A DNA stretch of 53,317 nt from Gammaproteobacteria bacterium (GCA_043738315.1 JAYUGT010000287.1:1-53317); one strand, 5' to 3'; counted from the first letter of the stretch, positions 18,921-28,998 are shown. Program-made: numbers and translations. Notes: generated from the letters alone by a model not told the origin.

Positions 18921-20992
18921 AAAACCCGAGACTCGCGCCTCTCGCGGGCGCCGTGCTGGCATCTTTGTTAGCTGCCGGCGCCAGCGCCGCCGGTATCGAA
19001 ATCCTGACCGCGGAAAAAATGTGGGGCCTGCAAAGGCTCGGCGACCCGGCGCTGTCGCCCGACGGACGGGTCGCGGTCGTACCCGTTACGCGCTACGACA
19101 TCAAGGAGAACAAGGGCTTTACCGATCTGTGGATGCTGCCGCTGGATGGTGGCGCCGCCCGGCCGTTGACCACCGATGCGGCCGCGGACACCTCACCGGT
19201 TTTTTCGCCTGACGGCACGCGGATCGCGTTCGTCTCGAAACGCGGTGACGACAAGGAGTCGCAGATCTATGTGATCGTCGTGGACGGCGGTGAGGCGCGC
19301 CGCATTACTAACGTGCCCACCGGCGCGGATGCGCCGAAATGGTTTCCGGACGGCAAGCGCATCGCGTTTGTCAGCAGCATCTGGACCGATCTCGCGTTGT
19401 GGCCCGACCAGGAAAAGCGCAAGAAAGAGCGCGAAGAGAGCAAGGTGCAGGCCAAGCTCTGGAACCGCGCGCCGATTGCTCACTGGGATCACTTTCTGGA
19501 CGACCGCGAGCCGCACATATTCGCCATCGCAGTGGATTCGGTGGCCGGCAGCACACCGGAGCCGGTGGCGATCACGCGTTTGTCGGGATATTCGTTATCA
19601 CGCTCAAGCTACGACTCTGAATCCTATGCCATCGCACCCGACGGCGAGGAAATCGCCTTCACCGCCGACGTCGACCGCGTCGGCAATGATTCGAACTACG
19701 ACATTTTCACCATCCCCTCCTGCGGCTGCAAGCCGGCGCGCGATATCACCGAAGCTAACAAGGCGGACGACCTGGCGCCCAGCTACAGCCCCAACGGCCG
19801 CTGGCTCGCCTACGTGCGCCAGAGCATCAAGGGCTTCTACGCGGACCGCCGCCGGCTGACGCTGGTCAATCGCGCGGACGGCGCGCTGCGCGACCTGAGT
19901 GGCTCCTGGGACCGTTCCGCCGACGGACTCAAATGGCTGCCGGATTCCAGTGCTTTGTTAGGTTCGATCGACGACGCCGCCACCACGCGCATCTGGCGTT
20001 TCGACGTCGGCAGCGACAAGCCACGCGCGCTGACGACCAATCCAAGTTTCTCGGGGCTTGCAATCGGCCAGGCGTCGAAGACGAAGTCACCGCGCGTCGT
20101 CGCGCTCCGCCAGAGTTTCGATGAGCCGCCGACGCTGGTCGAGCTGTCGCTGGCGAACGGCAGCGCCCGCAAGCTCAGCCATTTCAATGACGTTGCGCTG
20201 GGCTCCCTGAAACTCGGCAAGTTCGAGAGCGTGACCTACGCCGGTGCGCGCGGCGACCCGATCCAGATGTGGGTAGTTTATCCGCCGGATTTCGATCCGA
20301 GCAAGAAGTATCCGGTGTACATGCTGCTGCATGGCGGCCCGCATAACGGCATGCCCAATGCGGTGCAATGGCGCTGGAATGCGCACGTGTTCGCGGGCTG
20401 GGGTTACATCGTGACCTGGCACAACTTCCACGGTTCCAGCGGCTTCGGCCAGGAGTTCGGCGATTCGATCAATCCGGACGGCGTCACCATGCCTTACGAA
20501 GACACCATCAAGGCGGCGGAATGGCTGATGGCCAAGCCCTTCGTCGATCGCGATCGAATGGTGGCGGGCGGCGGCAGCTACGGCGGGTTCCTTGCCAGCG
20601 TTTTGTTAGGCCGGCCGCACCCCTTCAAGGCGCTGGTCGCGCATGCGGCGGTCTACGACGAGTTCACGCAGATCGCGGCGGACTACGGTGCGGAAAAGGA
20701 TCGCTTTTTTGAGTTCTGGGAAAAGCCCGAGGAGTTTGCCCGCTACTCACCGCACACCAGCGCCGGCAATTTCAACACGCCGACGCTGGTCATCCATGGC
20801 CAGCTCGACCAGCGCGTGCCGGTCAACCAGGGCATCGAGCTCTTCAACACGCTGCAAAAGCGCGGTGTGCCATCGAAGCTGCTGTATTTCCCAGATGAGA
20901 ACCACTGGGTGCTGAAACCGCAGAATTCCCTGTTCTGGTATCAGACCAAGAAAGACTGGCTGGAAAAATACGCCCCCGCAGGAGCACGCTGA
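18917..20992 (+). CDS. Secreted S9 prolyl-oligopeptidase-family serine peptidase with N-terminal beta-propeller
   Basis: Sec signal MKNPRLAPLAGAVLASLLAAGASA, TolB-like repeats (SPDG.. motifs), the nucleophile elbow GGGSYGG and a C-terminal DENHW. Confidence 0.9.
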   Translation: MKNPRLAPLAGAVLASLLAAGASAAGIEILTAEKMWGLQRLGDPALSPDGRVAVVPVTRYDIKENKGFTDLWMLPLDGGAARPLTTDAAADTSPVFSPDGTRIAFVSKRGDDKESQIYVIVVDGGEARRITNVPTGADAPKWFPDGKRIAFVSSIWTDLALWPDQEKRKKEREESKVQAKLWNRAPIAHWDHFLDDREPHIFAIAVDSVAGSTPEPVAITRLSGYSLSRSSYDSESYAIAPDGEEIAFTADVDRVGNDSNYDIFTIPSCGCKPARDITEANKADDLAPSYSPNGRWLAYVRQSIKGFYADRRRLTLVNRADGALRDLSGSWDRSADGLKWLPDSSALLGSIDDAATTRIWRFDVGSDKPRALTTNPSFSGLAIGQASKTKSPRVVALRQSFDEPPTLVELSLANGSARKLSHFNDVALGSLKLGKFESVTYAGARGDPIQMWVVYPPDFDPSKKYPVYMLLHGGPHNGMPNAVQWRWNAHVFAGWGYIVTWHNFHGSSGFGQEFGDSINPDGVTMPYEDTIKAAEWLMAKPFVDRDRMVAGGGSYGGFLASVLLGRPHPFKALVAHAAVYDEFTQIAADYGAEKDRFFEFWEKPEEFARYSPHTSAGNFNTPTLVIHGQLDQRVPVNQGIELFNTLQKRGVPSKLLYFPDENHWVLKPQNSLFWYQTKKDWLEKYAPAGAR

Positions 20993-22104
20993 TGCAACGC
21001 CGCGAATTTATTGCCTCGACCTCGGCGCTCGCCGCCGCCACGTTAGCTGAGAGCCGGGTCTTTGCGGCTGCCAAGGCCAGCAAGCCGCTCAGTATCCTGA
21101 TCCTGGGCGGCACGCGTTTCATCGGCGTGCACATGACGCAGCTGGCGCTGGCACGCGGCCACAAGATCACGTTCTTCAATCGCGGACGCACCAAGACGGA
21201 CTTGTTTCCGTCGATCGAACGCATCAAGGGCGATCGCAATGGGGCGCTGGATGGCCTGAAGGATCGCAAATTCGACGCCGTCGTCGATAACTCGGGCTAC
21301 GTCCCGCGCCATGTCAGGCTGTCCGCGGAACTGCTGCTGCCTAACGTACCGCGCTACGTGTTCGTGTCTTCAATTTCCGTCTATCCGGATTTCTCGGCGC
21401 CGCGCGGCGAGGATTCCGCAGTCGGCAAGCTGGCGGACGAGTCGATCGAGAAAGTTGACGGCGAAACCTATGGTCCGCTGAAGGCACTGTGTGAGCAGGC
21501 TGCGATCAAGGTCTATGGCGACAAGGCCACGGTGTTGCGTCCGGGTCTCATCGTCGGCCCGGATGACAATACCGATCGCTTCACCTACTGGCCCGCGCGC
21601 GCCGCTCGCGGTGGCGAAATCGCGGCGCCCGGCGGCCCGGGTGACCACATCCAGATCATCGACGTGCGCGATCTCGCCGCATTCACGCTGCGCTGCATCG
21701 AGGAGAGCACCTCCGGCACATTCAATGTCGTAACCAAGCCGAAGGCCGTGACGATGGGCCAGGTGCTGGATGAATCCATTCGGGCTGCATCGCAGCTGGT
21801 CCGGCCGAAACCCCGCTCGACTGTCAGCTGGATCCCGGCCGCCTTTCTCGCCAAACAAAAAGTCGAGCCTTGGTCCGACATGCCCGCGTGGTTTCCTGAG
21901 GAAGGCACCGAAGTTGCGGGCGCCGCGACGCCCATCGACCGCGCGCTCGCAGCCGGCCTGACCCTGCGCCCGCTCGCTAACACGGTACGCGACACACTGG
22001 CCTGGCATCTGAAGCGGCCCGAGGCGGAGCGCAGCAAACTGAAGGCAGGTCTCGATGAGGCCCGGGAACAGGCGCTGCTCAAGGCCTGGCGCGAGCGCGG
22101 CTAG
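20992..22104 (+). CDS. Tat-signal NAD-dependent epimerase/dehydratase-fold protein
   Basis: MQRREFIASTSALAAATLAESRVFA twin-arginine signal followed by ILILGGTRFIGVH Rossmann motif. 1-nt overlap (TGATG) with the peptidase gene. Confidence 0.75.
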   Translation: MQRREFIASTSALAAATLAESRVFAAAKASKPLSILILGGTRFIGVHMTQLALARGHKITFFNRGRTKTDLFPSIERIKGDRNGALDGLKDRKFDAVVDNSGYVPRHVRLSAELLLPNVPRYVFVSSISVYPDFSAPRGEDSAVGKLADESIEKVDGETYGPLKALCEQAAIKVYGDKATVLRPGLIVGPDDNTDRFTYWPARAARGGEIAAPGGPGDHIQIIDVRDLAAFTLRCIEESTSGTFNVVTKPKAVTMGQVLDESIRAASQLVRPKPRSTVSWIPAAFLAKQKVEPWSDMPAWFPEEGTEVAGAATPIDRALAAGLTLRPLANTVRDTLAWHLKRPEAERSKLKAGLDEAREQALLKAWRERG

Positions 22105-22107
22105 CCG

Positions 22108-22950
22108 ATGAACGTGCTGGAGCTTGGCCAGCACAGCTTCGCGTTGCTGCGTGACGGCCTTGGCGGCGACGCGGACGCGCTTGGCATGTTCTGCGATCTT
22201 TTTACCGCGGACGCTGAATTATGGCTGCCGCCGACGCCTAACACACAGAGTCCCTGCCGGGGACCCGACGCGATCAGAAAACTGCTCTGCGACTTCGTTC
22301 CTTCGCTGTATCAGGGTGGTTTGCACCTGCGGCTCTACCAGTTGCTGACAGGCCCGGACCGGGTGCTGTTCCAGTTCGAAGACCGCGGCAGGAAGCGGGA
22401 CGGCAGCGATTACCAGAACAGCCCGTGCATCGCGCTGCGCTTCCGCGACCAGCAAATCGCCGGGTTCTGGGAATACTGGGGCGGGCCGGGATTCTTCCGC
22501 GACCAGCTCGATGGCGGCGGCGCGCGCGGCAGCATCGACGCCGATGCGCAGAACACCGCGCGGCAGGCGATGTCACAGTTGATTGCGGGCATGGGCGGCT
22601 CGGCAACGGCCATGGACGCGTTTCTCGCCCTGATGTCGGACGATGTGCGCTTGTGGTTTCCGCCCACGGCTAACACGCGCAGTCCCTACGTCGGCCGGGC
22701 CGATGCCCGGCGCCTGTTCTGCGATTTCCTGATGACGATGTACCCGAACGGCATGGCGATTGAGATATTTCACGAGACCAGCGGCGGTACGCGCACGGCC
22801 TTTGAACTGCAAAGCCGGGGTGTGCGCCGGGATGGCAGCCTCTACGTGAACAGCCCGTGCCTGTGCCTCGATATCAAAGGCGGCAAAATCAATACGCTTT
22901 GGGAACACTGGGGCCGCCCGGGCTTCCACCGGCCATTAGCTCAGCCCTAG
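22108..22950 (+). CDS. Protein with two tandem NTF2/SnoaL-like repeats
   Basis: Clear internal duplication: LWLPPTPNTQSPCRGPDAIRKLLCDF...NSPCIALRF versus LWFPPTANTRSPYVGRADARRLFCDF...NSPCLCLDI. Confidence 0.6.
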   Translation: MNVLELGQHSFALLRDGLGGDADALGMFCDLFTADAELWLPPTPNTQSPCRGPDAIRKLLCDFVPSLYQGGLHLRLYQLLTGPDRVLFQFEDRGRKRDGSDYQNSPCIALRFRDQQIAGFWEYWGGPGFFRDQLDGGGARGSIDADAQNTARQAMSQLIAGMGGSATAMDAFLALMSDDVRLWFPPTANTRSPYVGRADARRLFCDFLMTMYPNGMAIEIFHETSGGTRTAFELQSRGVRRDGSLYVNSPCLCLDIKGGKINTLWEHWGRPGFHRPLAQP

Positions 22951-22959
22951 CCCAGCCAA

Positions 22960-23691
22960 CTACCAGGGCAGTTCGTCGCCGTTATACATCCAGTAGCGGC
23001 CCGCCTTGGCGAGGTCGAGGCCCGCGATCACCGCGCGCATGCCTGACACGCTGGTCACTGCATCGATGTCGGCGCGCGCCCCCCCCATGTCGGTGCGCAC
23101 CCAGCCGGGATGGATCGGGATCGCAATGATCTGGTACTTGCGGCCCAGGTCGATCGCCAGCGAATGCATGACTGCATTCAGTGCCGCCTTGGAGGCACGG
23201 TACGCGTACAGGCCGCCGATCGTGTTCTTGGTCATCGATCCGAGAATACTGGTGAGGCTGACAATTTTCTTCTGCTCGGACTGCGCCACGTGCGCGACGA
23301 AAGCCTCCGCCATCTTCATCGGCCCGATGACGTTGATGCGCAGGGTCTGCTCCCAGTCCTTGAAGTCCGACGCGCCAAACTTGCCAAAGGTGATGCCCTG
23401 GGCGGCAAAATTTCCGGCGCCCATGGTCCCGGCGCTGTTCAGGAGCACATCGATGGGCCGGCCCCGCATCTTCTCCGCGAGCGCGTCGATCGCCGCGTGA
23501 TCGGTGACATCGAGCGCGGCGATTTCCAGTTGCGCACCCGGTTTGTTAGCCTGGCCCGCGAGTGCGTGCAAGTCCGGACAGCGGTCAGGCGAGCGTGCGC
23601 AGGCAATCACCTGCCAGCCATCGGCCAGATACTGGCGCGCCATCTCCAGGCCCAGACCCCGTCCCGCACCTGTAATCAGAACCGTCGGCAT
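22960..23691 (-). CDS. Short-chain dehydrogenase/reductase (CsgA/C-factor-like; paralogue of 9148..9900)
   Basis: TVLITGAGRGLGLEMA cofactor motif and YRASK catalytic motif. Confidence 0.85.
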   Translation of the reverse strand: MPTVLITGAGRGLGLEMARQYLADGWQVIACARSPDRCPDLHALAGQANKPGAQLEIAALDVTDHAAIDALAEKMRGRPIDVLLNSAGTMGAGNFAAQGITFGKFGASDFKDWEQTLRINVIGPMKMAEAFVAHVAQSEQKKIVSLTSILGSMTKNTIGGLYAYRASKAALNAVMHSLAIDLGRKYQIIAIPIHPGWVRTDMGGARADIDAVTSVSGMRAVIAGLDLAKAGRYWMYNGDELPW

Positions 23692-23740
23692 TGTTTGCTC
23701 TCCTTTCGTTAGAATCTACACGCAACCTGCCAACCATGCC

Positions 23741-24754
23741 ATGCCAAGCCATTATCAGAAACTTATCATCCACCAGCTGACCGGGAACTTTCGCAGCGCC
23801 ACCCGGGTGGTCGAGGAGTCCTGGCGCGATCCGGGCCCGAGCCAGGTGGTCATTCGCAATGTGTACGCGGGTTGCAATGGCGTGTTCGACACCAACCTGT
23901 GCCGCAACAAGATTCTGTACGTCAATTCGACGCCGCCGTTCGACATGGGCATCGAGGCGGCGGGCTATGTCGTCGCCTGCGGTCCGGGTGTCACGCAATT
24001 CCGCGAAGGCGATGCGGTCGTCACCACCAAGCTTGGCACCGGCTACCGCGAATACCAGCTCGCGGATATCGACCGCGTGTTAGCTGTCCGCGCGCCGACG
24101 CCGGAGGTGGTCGCGCTTGTCCCGACCGGCATCTCCGGCATGGTCGGGCTGGAACGGATCGGCGAACTGCGTGGGGGCGAAACAGTCGCGGTCTCGGCCG
24201 CGGCAGGCGGCCTCGGGCACATTGTCGTGCAGATCGCGAAGCTTGCCGGCTGCCACGTGATCGGCCTCACCGGGAGCGACGACAAGGCCGCACTGCTGAA
24301 ATCGCTCGGTGTCGATCGCGTGGTCAACTATCGCAGCGAAGACCTGCGCCAGGTCCTGGAGCGGGAATATCCGCGCGGCATCGACATCGCCTACGACTCC
24401 GTCGGCGGCGAGATTTTCGATGCCTTCCTCGACCACATCGCGATCCGCGGGCGGCTGGTCATCAGCGGCCATACCTCGGATTTCGACCAGCCGGTGGAAA
24501 ACATCCCGCACCCGCGTATCTATCGAAAACTGTACTGGAAATCCGCTTCAGTGCGCGGCTTCCAGAACATGGCGTTCAAGGAGTATTTCGACGACGCCGC
24601 CCGGCGCATCCTCGATCTGCATTACAACAACCGGATCCGGGTGCTGGTCGAGCCGACGCCTTTTATCGGATTGGACAAGACGGCCGATGCAGTTGAGTAT
24701 CTGCTTTCCGGGCGTAACACTGGCAAGGTTGTTGTACAGCTCGGCAAGCCCTGA
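23741..24754 (+). CDS. MDR-family NADPH-dependent oxidoreductase (zinc-free, prostaglandin-reductase-like)
   Basis: Frame of track ORF 23504..24754 with start at ATG 23741 (MPSHYQKLIIHQL). AAAGGLGHIVVQIAKLAG is the cofactor motif. Confidence 0.8.
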   Translation: MPSHYQKLIIHQLTGNFRSATRVVEESWRDPGPSQVVIRNVYAGCNGVFDTNLCRNKILYVNSTPPFDMGIEAAGYVVACGPGVTQFREGDAVVTTKLGTGYREYQLADIDRVLAVRAPTPEVVALVPTGISGMVGLERIGELRGGETVAVSAAAGGLGHIVVQIAKLAGCHVIGLTGSDDKAALLKSLGVDRVVNYRSEDLRQVLEREYPRGIDIAYDSVGGEIFDAFLDHIAIRGRLVISGHTSDFDQPVENIPHPRIYRKLYWKSASVRGFQNMAFKEYFDDAARRILDLHYNNRIRVLVEPTPFIGLDKTADAVEYLLSGRNTGKVVVQLGKP

Positions 24755-24764
24755 GGAGCGTACG

Positions 24765-25517
24765 ATGAAATTCCCGAGATTCTTCCTGTCGTTGTTAGCT
24801 GCCGCAGCTGTCGCAACTGTTGGCTGCGCGAGTCCGCAGGCTTCAACCCCCGACCGGGTGCTGGTGTTGGGCGCGAACGGGCAACTGGGCGCAGCCATCG
24901 TGCAGCTGCTGGTGACCAACGGCAGGCCGGTCACCGCCATGGTGCGCGAGAACTCGGATCGCAAGCGCCTCGAGGGTCTCAAGGTCGAATACGTCATCGG
25001 CGACGTGACCAATGACGCCGATGTTGCCGCCGCTTTCAAGGGTCGCCGTTATGCCGCAGTCATCGTCGCACTACGGGTCAACAACGGCGACAACCATTTC
25101 TATGAAAAAGCGCTGGCTCCGGTCAGCAAGTACGCGAAGGCCACCGGCGTGAAACAGATCATCCATCACGGCGCGGTGGGCGCGGGCAAGAACATCGAGC
25201 GTATTCCGCACGAAGGCTGGGATCGCATTCCCGGAATTTACGACCGCATGCGCGACCAGGGCGTCGGCGAGGACCTGATCCGCGCCAGCGGCGTGCCCTA
25301 CACCATCATCCGCAACGCACGCATCTATCCGGCCGATACGCCGTCCACCGGCAAGGCGCTGTTGACCGAAGACGACAGCGTCGTATCACCGATGACGCGC
25401 GCGGATCTCGCGATATTCACGCTGCGTTGCCTGGGCAACAAGTCCTGCTATAACAAGACCTATCACGTGAAGGATGATTCGCTGGCCTGGCCGCCACCGG
25501 GCCGCGAGCGGCCCTGA
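24765..25517 (+). CDS. NAD(P)-binding NmrA-like (atypical SDR) lipoprotein
   Basis: Frame of track ORF 24309..25517 with ATG 24765. MKFPRFFLSLLAAAAVATVGC carries a lipobox. VLVLGANGQLGAAIV is a Rossmann motif. Confidence 0.7.
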   Translation: MKFPRFFLSLLAAAAVATVGCASPQASTPDRVLVLGANGQLGAAIVQLLVTNGRPVTAMVRENSDRKRLEGLKVEYVIGDVTNDADVAAAFKGRRYAAVIVALRVNNGDNHFYEKALAPVSKYAKATGVKQIIHHGAVGAGKNIERIPHEGWDRIPGIYDRMRDQGVGEDLIRASGVPYTIIRNARIYPADTPSTGKALLTEDDSVVSPMTRADLAIFTLRCLGNKSCYNKTYHVKDDSLAWPPPGRERP

Positions 25518-25542
25518 GATTTTCCGCGCGGCCGGGCCTGGC

Positions 25543-26961
25543 TTACCAGCGCAGCAGTTTCTGACCTAACAACCGCCCCATCGTGAGGGCGGGCTGCAGG
25601 CCCATACCGCCGAGGAAGGCGTTGCCGTTCATCAGGCCGAAACCGCGCACTTCACCCACCGCGTAGAGATTGCCGATCGCGTCGCCGGCCCGGTCCAGCA
25701 CGCGGCAGTCCGGATCGGTATCGAGGCCCGCCCAGCCGACCACGGAAATGCCGTGATGCAGGACCGCGTAGTACGGCCCCTTGCTGCCAAGCTTGAGCGG
25801 CATGTGCTCGCGGCCGAACACCGGATCCCGCCGGCTCAGCACCGCGGCGTTGAACTGCTCGACACTGGCGTGCAGATTGCCGGCATCGATGTCGCAGCGT
25901 TCGGCTAACAAATCGAGCGAATCGGCGCTGCGGAACGTGGCATGCACATTCCACAGCGGCCGCAGTTCCTCCGGCGTCAGCCCGAAGAACAACGGCTTGG
26001 TCGCGGCATCGACTATGCCCTGATCGTAAACGGCCCAGAACGACATGCGGGGTTGCTTGAGCAATGCGTGTTCGCGCGCATCGACGCTCGGATCATCCTC
26101 GCGCATGAAACGCCGGCCTTCGAGGTTGACGTACAGTTCCCAGGGCTGGCGCAGCTGCGGCGTCAGGTTGGTCAGCACCATGCACTGATCGGGGCGCTTG
26201 GGATTCTGCATGCCGGCGAAAGTGCAGAGGAACTTGTCGCCGTGCCTGAGCACGCCGCCAACCGCAAGACCGAGATCGTGGCCGCGGCCCTGGCTGTGCT
26301 CGCTGCACCAGCTGTAGAGCGGGTAACCCGTGTACTCCTGGAATTTTTCCGGATTGCGCGCAAAGCCGCCGGTCGCCAGCACGATATTGCGGCCCCGCGC
26401 CGCGCCGGACTCCGATCCCGAATGCCAGCGCACGCCAACGACCGCACCGGCTGCATCCCGCACCAGTTCTGTCGCCAGAGTATTCAGCTGCGTGGTCAGC
26501 CGGCCCACGGCTTCCTGGCGCCGATACATCGGCAGCAAGGTGTCGTAGATCCCAACCGCCGCGTTAGGTCCGAAATAGGTGCGTGCAATCTGATAGGGCT
26601 CATGGCCGTGATACACGACCGGGTGCTCGGGCAGCACCTGGTAACCGGCATCTAACAACCAATGCAGCGTATCGGCGCAGCCGTCAATGACCGGCTTGAT
26701 CGCGGACTCGCTGACGGTGCCGCGCGAGATACGCAGCACGTCCGCCAGGTGCTGTGCGGGCGAGTCCTGGATGCCCTTCGCCGCCTGCAGGCGCGTACCC
26801 GCTGCGCTGAGCTGGCCGGACGACCAATGCAACTGACCGCCGAGGTGATCATTGCCGTCCAGGACCAGCACCCGGCCGCCGCGCTCGGCGGCGCAGATCG
26901 CCAGCGGCATGCCGGCGCTGCCGGCACCTACGACAATGACATCCCAGATCGTTTCATTCAT
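25543..26961 (-). CDS. FAD-dependent oxidoreductase (fumarate reductase / KstD / TcuA-like flavoprotein)
   Basis: Start at ATG 26961 (MNETIWDVIVVGAGSAG, dinucleotide-binding motif), in an ATGA overlap with the upstream gene. The C-terminal GEVRG...NAFLGG region is typical of the family. Confidence 0.8.
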   Translation of the reverse strand: MNETIWDVIVVGAGSAGMPLAICAAERGGRVLVLDGNDHLGGQLHWSSGQLSAAGTRLQAAKGIQDSPAQHLADVLRISRGTVSESAIKPVIDGCADTLHWLLDAGYQVLPEHPVVYHGHEPYQIARTYFGPNAAVGIYDTLLPMYRRQEAVGRLTTQLNTLATELVRDAAGAVVGVRWHSGSESGAARGRNIVLATGGFARNPEKFQEYTGYPLYSWCSEHSQGRGHDLGLAVGGVLRHGDKFLCTFAGMQNPKRPDQCMVLTNLTPQLRQPWELYVNLEGRRFMREDDPSVDAREHALLKQPRMSFWAVYDQGIVDAATKPLFFGLTPEELRPLWNVHATFRSADSLDLLAERCDIDAGNLHASVEQFNAAVLSRRDPVFGREHMPLKLGSKGPYYAVLHHGISVVGWAGLDTDPDCRVLDRAGDAIGNLYAVGEVRGFGLMNGNAFLGGMGLQPALTMGRLLGQKLLRW

Positions 26962-27623
26962 CGCTGCGTCTCGCTGAACTCTAACAATTCGTAGTTGGCA
27001 TCCAGGTGGTCCCATTCCATGCGCACGAACTGGTGCTGCGAACCGGTGACCCAGAAATGGATGGGCGAAAAGCTGCGAAAGGCGATGCTGAAATGCCGGC
27101 AGTCGAATTCGCCGGCCGCTACGCGCACCGTCTCATCACCGTGGTGAGCCAATTGAAACTCCGTGGTCGCAATCAAGGGCCCGGTGCCGCCATTGGCCGC
27201 GTTGGAGCTGACAGGCGAGCTGAGCCGCCCCGGATCGCGTCCGTGCCAGTGCTGCGCATGCCAGCCATCGGTGATCAGCGAATGGGTGCCAAAACAGATC
27301 GGCCAGCCGTCCCAGTCCATGCGCTGACTGACGCGGCCGTCACGCGCCGTCCAGGCTTCGCATTCGACGAACCCGGCACCAAACCGAAACCAGCTCGAGC
27401 CGACAAACTTGCCGTGCTGGGCGAGCCGGATGAAGGCGTCGAGTGGCCGATAGTCCGCAGCGATCGCAAACGTGACATCGCGCAGCAGTTCATCGTCCCA
27501 CATCTCGCAGTGCGCCCGCAGCGTGCGGGCGCCATCGGCCGCGGTCGTGATCGCGAAACGCTCGCGGCCTGTCTGGGCGCCACGCCGGAAATAACCGATC
27601 AGGCCCTGAACCTCTGTGTCCAT
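26958..27623 (-). CDS. Hypothetical protein translationally coupled to the flavoprotein
   Basis: 221-aa ORF with GC-rich codon usage like its neighbours and an ATGA overlap with the downstream gene. No motif recognised. Confidence 0.55.
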   Translation of the reverse strand: MDTEVQGLIGYFRRGAQTGRERFAITTAADGARTLRAHCEMWDDELLRDVTFAIAADYRPLDAFIRLAQHGKFVGSSWFRFGAGFVECEAWTARDGRVSQRMDWDGWPICFGTHSLITDGWHAQHWHGRDPGRLSSPVSSNAANGGTGPLIATTEFQLAHHGDETVRVAAGEFDCRHFSIAFRSFSPIHFWVTGSQHQFVRMEWDHLDANYELLEFSETQR

Positions 27624-27642
27624 GATGCTAACGCGGTCAGGC

Positions 27643-28998
27643 TCAGGCGAGCTTGCGCTCCGTACCCTGCAGTTCCTTTTCCGTCAGACGGTAGAAATGC
27701 AGCGGGATCAGCGACAGGCCGAAATAGATACAAGGCAGGTAGGCCGCGCAGTAGCGTATGCCATCGATGGTCTCCTGCGTCTGCGCAGGTGCCCTGGAGG
27801 TGAACCCGAACCACGCATAGCCGAGGCCGAGAATGGCCGGCGCGAATGCCGACGCGACTTTTTCCACGATGCTGTAGAGGCCGGAAAATACACCCTCGCG
27901 CCGCAGTCCCGTGCGGCGAAAGTCGTACTCGATCGCATCCGGCAGCATCGACTGGCCCATCAGCAGCAGGCCCGCAGCCGCAAATCCCTTGACAGCGGCG
28001 CGCGCAACAAAGATCCAGATCGACTCCTGGGGGCTCGCGATCAGCCAGGTCAGGGACGCGAGGCAGAAGATGACCGTCGCGAGCATGTAGCTCTTCTGCT
28101 TTTCGATGCGCTTTGCAATCCGCAACCAGACCGGGATCGACAGCGTCTGCGCGACAAAGCTGGTGGCGGTGAAATACAGCATCCACATGCCCGGATCCTG
28201 CTTGGCGTACACGTACTTGACGACAAAAATTATCATCGCAGTGCCGGTGAACAATCCGAACAGTTGCGTGAACTTGGTCCCCAGCAAGGCGACAAACGGC
28301 TCGTTGGAAAACCCGGTCCGCAGCCTGTCCATGAACGACGGCGACTCGGTCTGTCGCGCCATCGTGCGGGCTCCGGACGTGCCGAAGAACGACAGCGCCA
28401 TGAAAAAGAAAATCCCGAACCCTAACAAGGTGCCCATCCTGCCGTAGCCTGCCGCGCCACCTCCAAAGAGTTCGGCGATGCGCTGCGCCGCGATGCCGAC
28501 CAGCGTGCCAATGCCGATGAAAAACACCCGGTACGACATCAGCTTGGTCCGGACCTTGTAGTCGTCCTCCATCTCGGACGGCATCGCCATGTAAGGCACG
28601 TTGAAAATCGTGTAGCCGGTACCGACAGCGGCCAGCGCCAGCACCACCAGCACCTTCGACTCGCCGATGCCGTTCAAGGCCGAGTTGAAATACAGCGCGA
28701 ACGATCCGCCCGCGACGATGCCACCTAACAAAAGGTACGGCCGGCGGCGGCCCCAGCGGGTATGGGTCTTGTCGCTGATCATGCCCATGACCGGATTACT
28801 GACCCAGTCCCAGAGCTTGGCGACCAGCAGCAGGCCGGACGCCGCGACCATGGCAATACCAAGCACGTCGGTCAGGTAAAAAAGCTGCAACGCGGCAAAG
28901 GCGTTGAGCAGAAAAGAGGCACCCAGAGTGCCGACCCCCCATCCCAGGTGCAGCCGCCAATCCGTCGTCGCCATTACGTGTTTGACATCAACCGCCAT
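27643..28998 (-). CDS. GPH-family (glycoside-pentoside-hexuronide-like) MFS symporter
   Basis: 451 aa with 12 TM segments. MISDKTHTRWGRRRPYLL is the conserved GPH loop. Confidence 0.8.
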   Translation of the reverse strand: MAVDVKHVMATTDWRLHLGWGVGTLGASFLLNAFAALQLFYLTDVLGIAMVAASGLLLVAKLWDWVSNPVMGMISDKTHTRWGRRRPYLLLGGIVAGGSFALYFNSALNGIGESKVLVVLALAAVGTGYTIFNVPYMAMPSEMEDDYKVRTKLMSYRVFFIGIGTLVGIAAQRIAELFGGGAAGYGRMGTLLGFGIFFFMALSFFGTSGARTMARQTESPSFMDRLRTGFSNEPFVALLGTKFTQLFGLFTGTAMIIFVVKYVYAKQDPGMWMLYFTATSFVAQTLSIPVWLRIAKRIEKQKSYMLATVIFCLASLTWLIASPQESIWIFVARAAVKGFAAAGLLLMGQSMLPDAIEYDFRRTGLRREGVFSGLYSIVEKVASAFAPAILGLGYAWFGFTSRAPAQTQETIDGIRYCAAYLPCIYFGLSLIPLHFYRLTEKELQGTERKLA

